A stretch of 7,009 nt of DNA from a virus (taxonomy: Duplodnaviria; Heunggongvirae; Uroviricota; Caudoviricetes), in the IMG/VR virus record IMGVR_UViG_2690316166_000010. One strand, given 5' to 3'. Made by a program: the position numbers and the translations under genes. Below the pieces are notes generated by a model. It saw nothing but the letters and a program-made list of their open reading frames with translations, searched no databases and was not told the origin of the DNA. Positions 6,432-7,009 of this stretch are shown here, piece by piece (the stretch's first letter is position 1; each line of letters opens with the position of its first letter).

Positions 6432-6797
6432 ATGATTCTCGCCAACGACTTTCTTGAATACCTGCTCAACACAGAGCGTGATCTTGCCGCTCGCGTGCGT
6501 GATCGTTATGACATGTACCTGAAATCCCTGCCTGTACCGCAGCTCGCTGACGGAAAGATTGTTATTGATGGTCGCTACATGATTGACAGCCACGAGGGAA
6601 ATTACAGGCTTTACCGCATTGAAGGTGGCACCCCGTCCGTTATTGGCATTTACCAGCGCCCATCCTCTGCAATCGTCGATGTGATTGCCGACAGCATCCG
6701 CATCACACATCGCCATGCCGACACAGAAGACACCGTGCTGGAAATTCAGCGGCTGGCTACAGTCTGCCGCGACACCCTGAATGGCATGACGAAGTAA
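6432..6797 (+). CDS. Hypothetical early-operon protein (121 aa), or the C-terminal part of the preceding gene if the masked region has no stop
   Basis: ATG 6432 preceded by AAGAGG (6417..6422) with 9-nt spacer; stop TAA 6795..6797. Product MILANDFLEYLLNTERDLAARVRDRYDMYLKSLPVPQLADGKIVIDGRYMIDSHEGNYRLYRIEGGTPSVIGIYQRPSSAIVDVIADSIRITHRHADTEDTVLEIQRLATVCRDTLNGMTK. Confidence 0.5.
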   Translation: MILANDFLEYLLNTERDLAARVRDRYDMYLKSLPVPQLADGKIVIDGRYMIDSHEGNYRLYRIEGGTPSVIGIYQRPSSAIVDVIADSIRITHRHADTEDTVLEIQRLATVCRDTLNGMTK

Positions 6798-6803
6798 ATC
6801 ACT

Positions 6804-7009
6804 ATGACGGCAGAGTACATCAGGGACTGGCAACAACCGCGCCACGCAGTGGGGCGTGAAGGAACGGGGATCCCCGCTCCTGAATCCGCGCTTTCCTCCT
6901 GGCTGGATGCCCACCGGGCAGAGAACGAGCGCCGCCAGGAAATGGCTGATGCGGCGTTCTCCGCCACGCCACTGGGCAACCTGATTAATAAAAGCCTGGA
7001 CGCACAGGA
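6804..7009 (+). CDS. Start of a probable phage replication initiation gene (P2 gene A-like), 68 codons; continues beyond the right edge
   Basis: ATG 6804, 6 nt after the previous stop, open to the window end: MTAEYIRDWQQPRHAVGREGTGIPAPESALSSWLDAHRAENERRQEMADAAFSATPLGNLINKSLDAQ. Sits where P2-family phages carry gene A. I tentatively recall a similar PREAVGRE motif near the N-terminus of P2 A. Absent from the ORF track because no stop is reached. Confidence 0.4.
   Translation, partial: MTAEYIRDWQQPRHAVGREGTGIPAPESALSSWLDAHRAENERRQEMADAAFSATPLGNLINKSLDAQ

Larger units (their letters stand above)
1426..7009. mobile_element. Left arm of a P2/186-family prophage (cargo, int, C repressor, switch region, cox-like gene, early operon, start of replication gene); left boundary approximate, right end beyond window
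   Basis: Gene content and order match the P2 layout int-C (leftward) / cox...A (rightward). GC content visibly drops right of btuC. The expected chromosomal neighbour ihfA is missing. Exact attL junction not identifiable from this window. Confidence 0.75.

Noticed and set aside
6105-6914. Minus-strand ORFs 6105..6914, 6109..6432, 6149..6472 and 6746..6979
   Set aside because: Antisense to well-supported plus-strand genes with Shine-Dalgarno sites and coupled starts; three span the N-run 6158..6405.

Overview
The window reads as E. coli-type chromosome on the left, followed by the left arm of a P2/186-family temperate prophage. Chromosomal part (minus strand): the 5' portion of btuE (1..299) and complete btuC (362..1342), both recognised from their translations. 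The ihfA gene that neighbours btuC in E. coli K-12 is absent. In its place is foreign, lower-GC DNA: a rho-independent terminator (1399..1425), a tail-anchored coiled-coil protein gene built from 33-bp tandem repeats (1535..2089), the end of an AT-rich ORF (2073..2333), then a P2-like tyrosine integrase (start 3776, 3' end masked), a P2 C-like repressor (3826..4137), a divergent switch region, a Cox-like gene (4233..4511), a tightly packed rightward operon of small unknown genes, and the start of a probable replication gene (6804..). Three N-runs (2354..3156, 4859..4976, 6158..6405; about 1.17 kb) hide the integrase 3' end and several gene boundaries; ORFs running through them are artefacts. 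The best candidate for something undescribed is the cargo module between the integrase and the chromosomal junction. Family assignments are from memory of protein sequences, not from a search.
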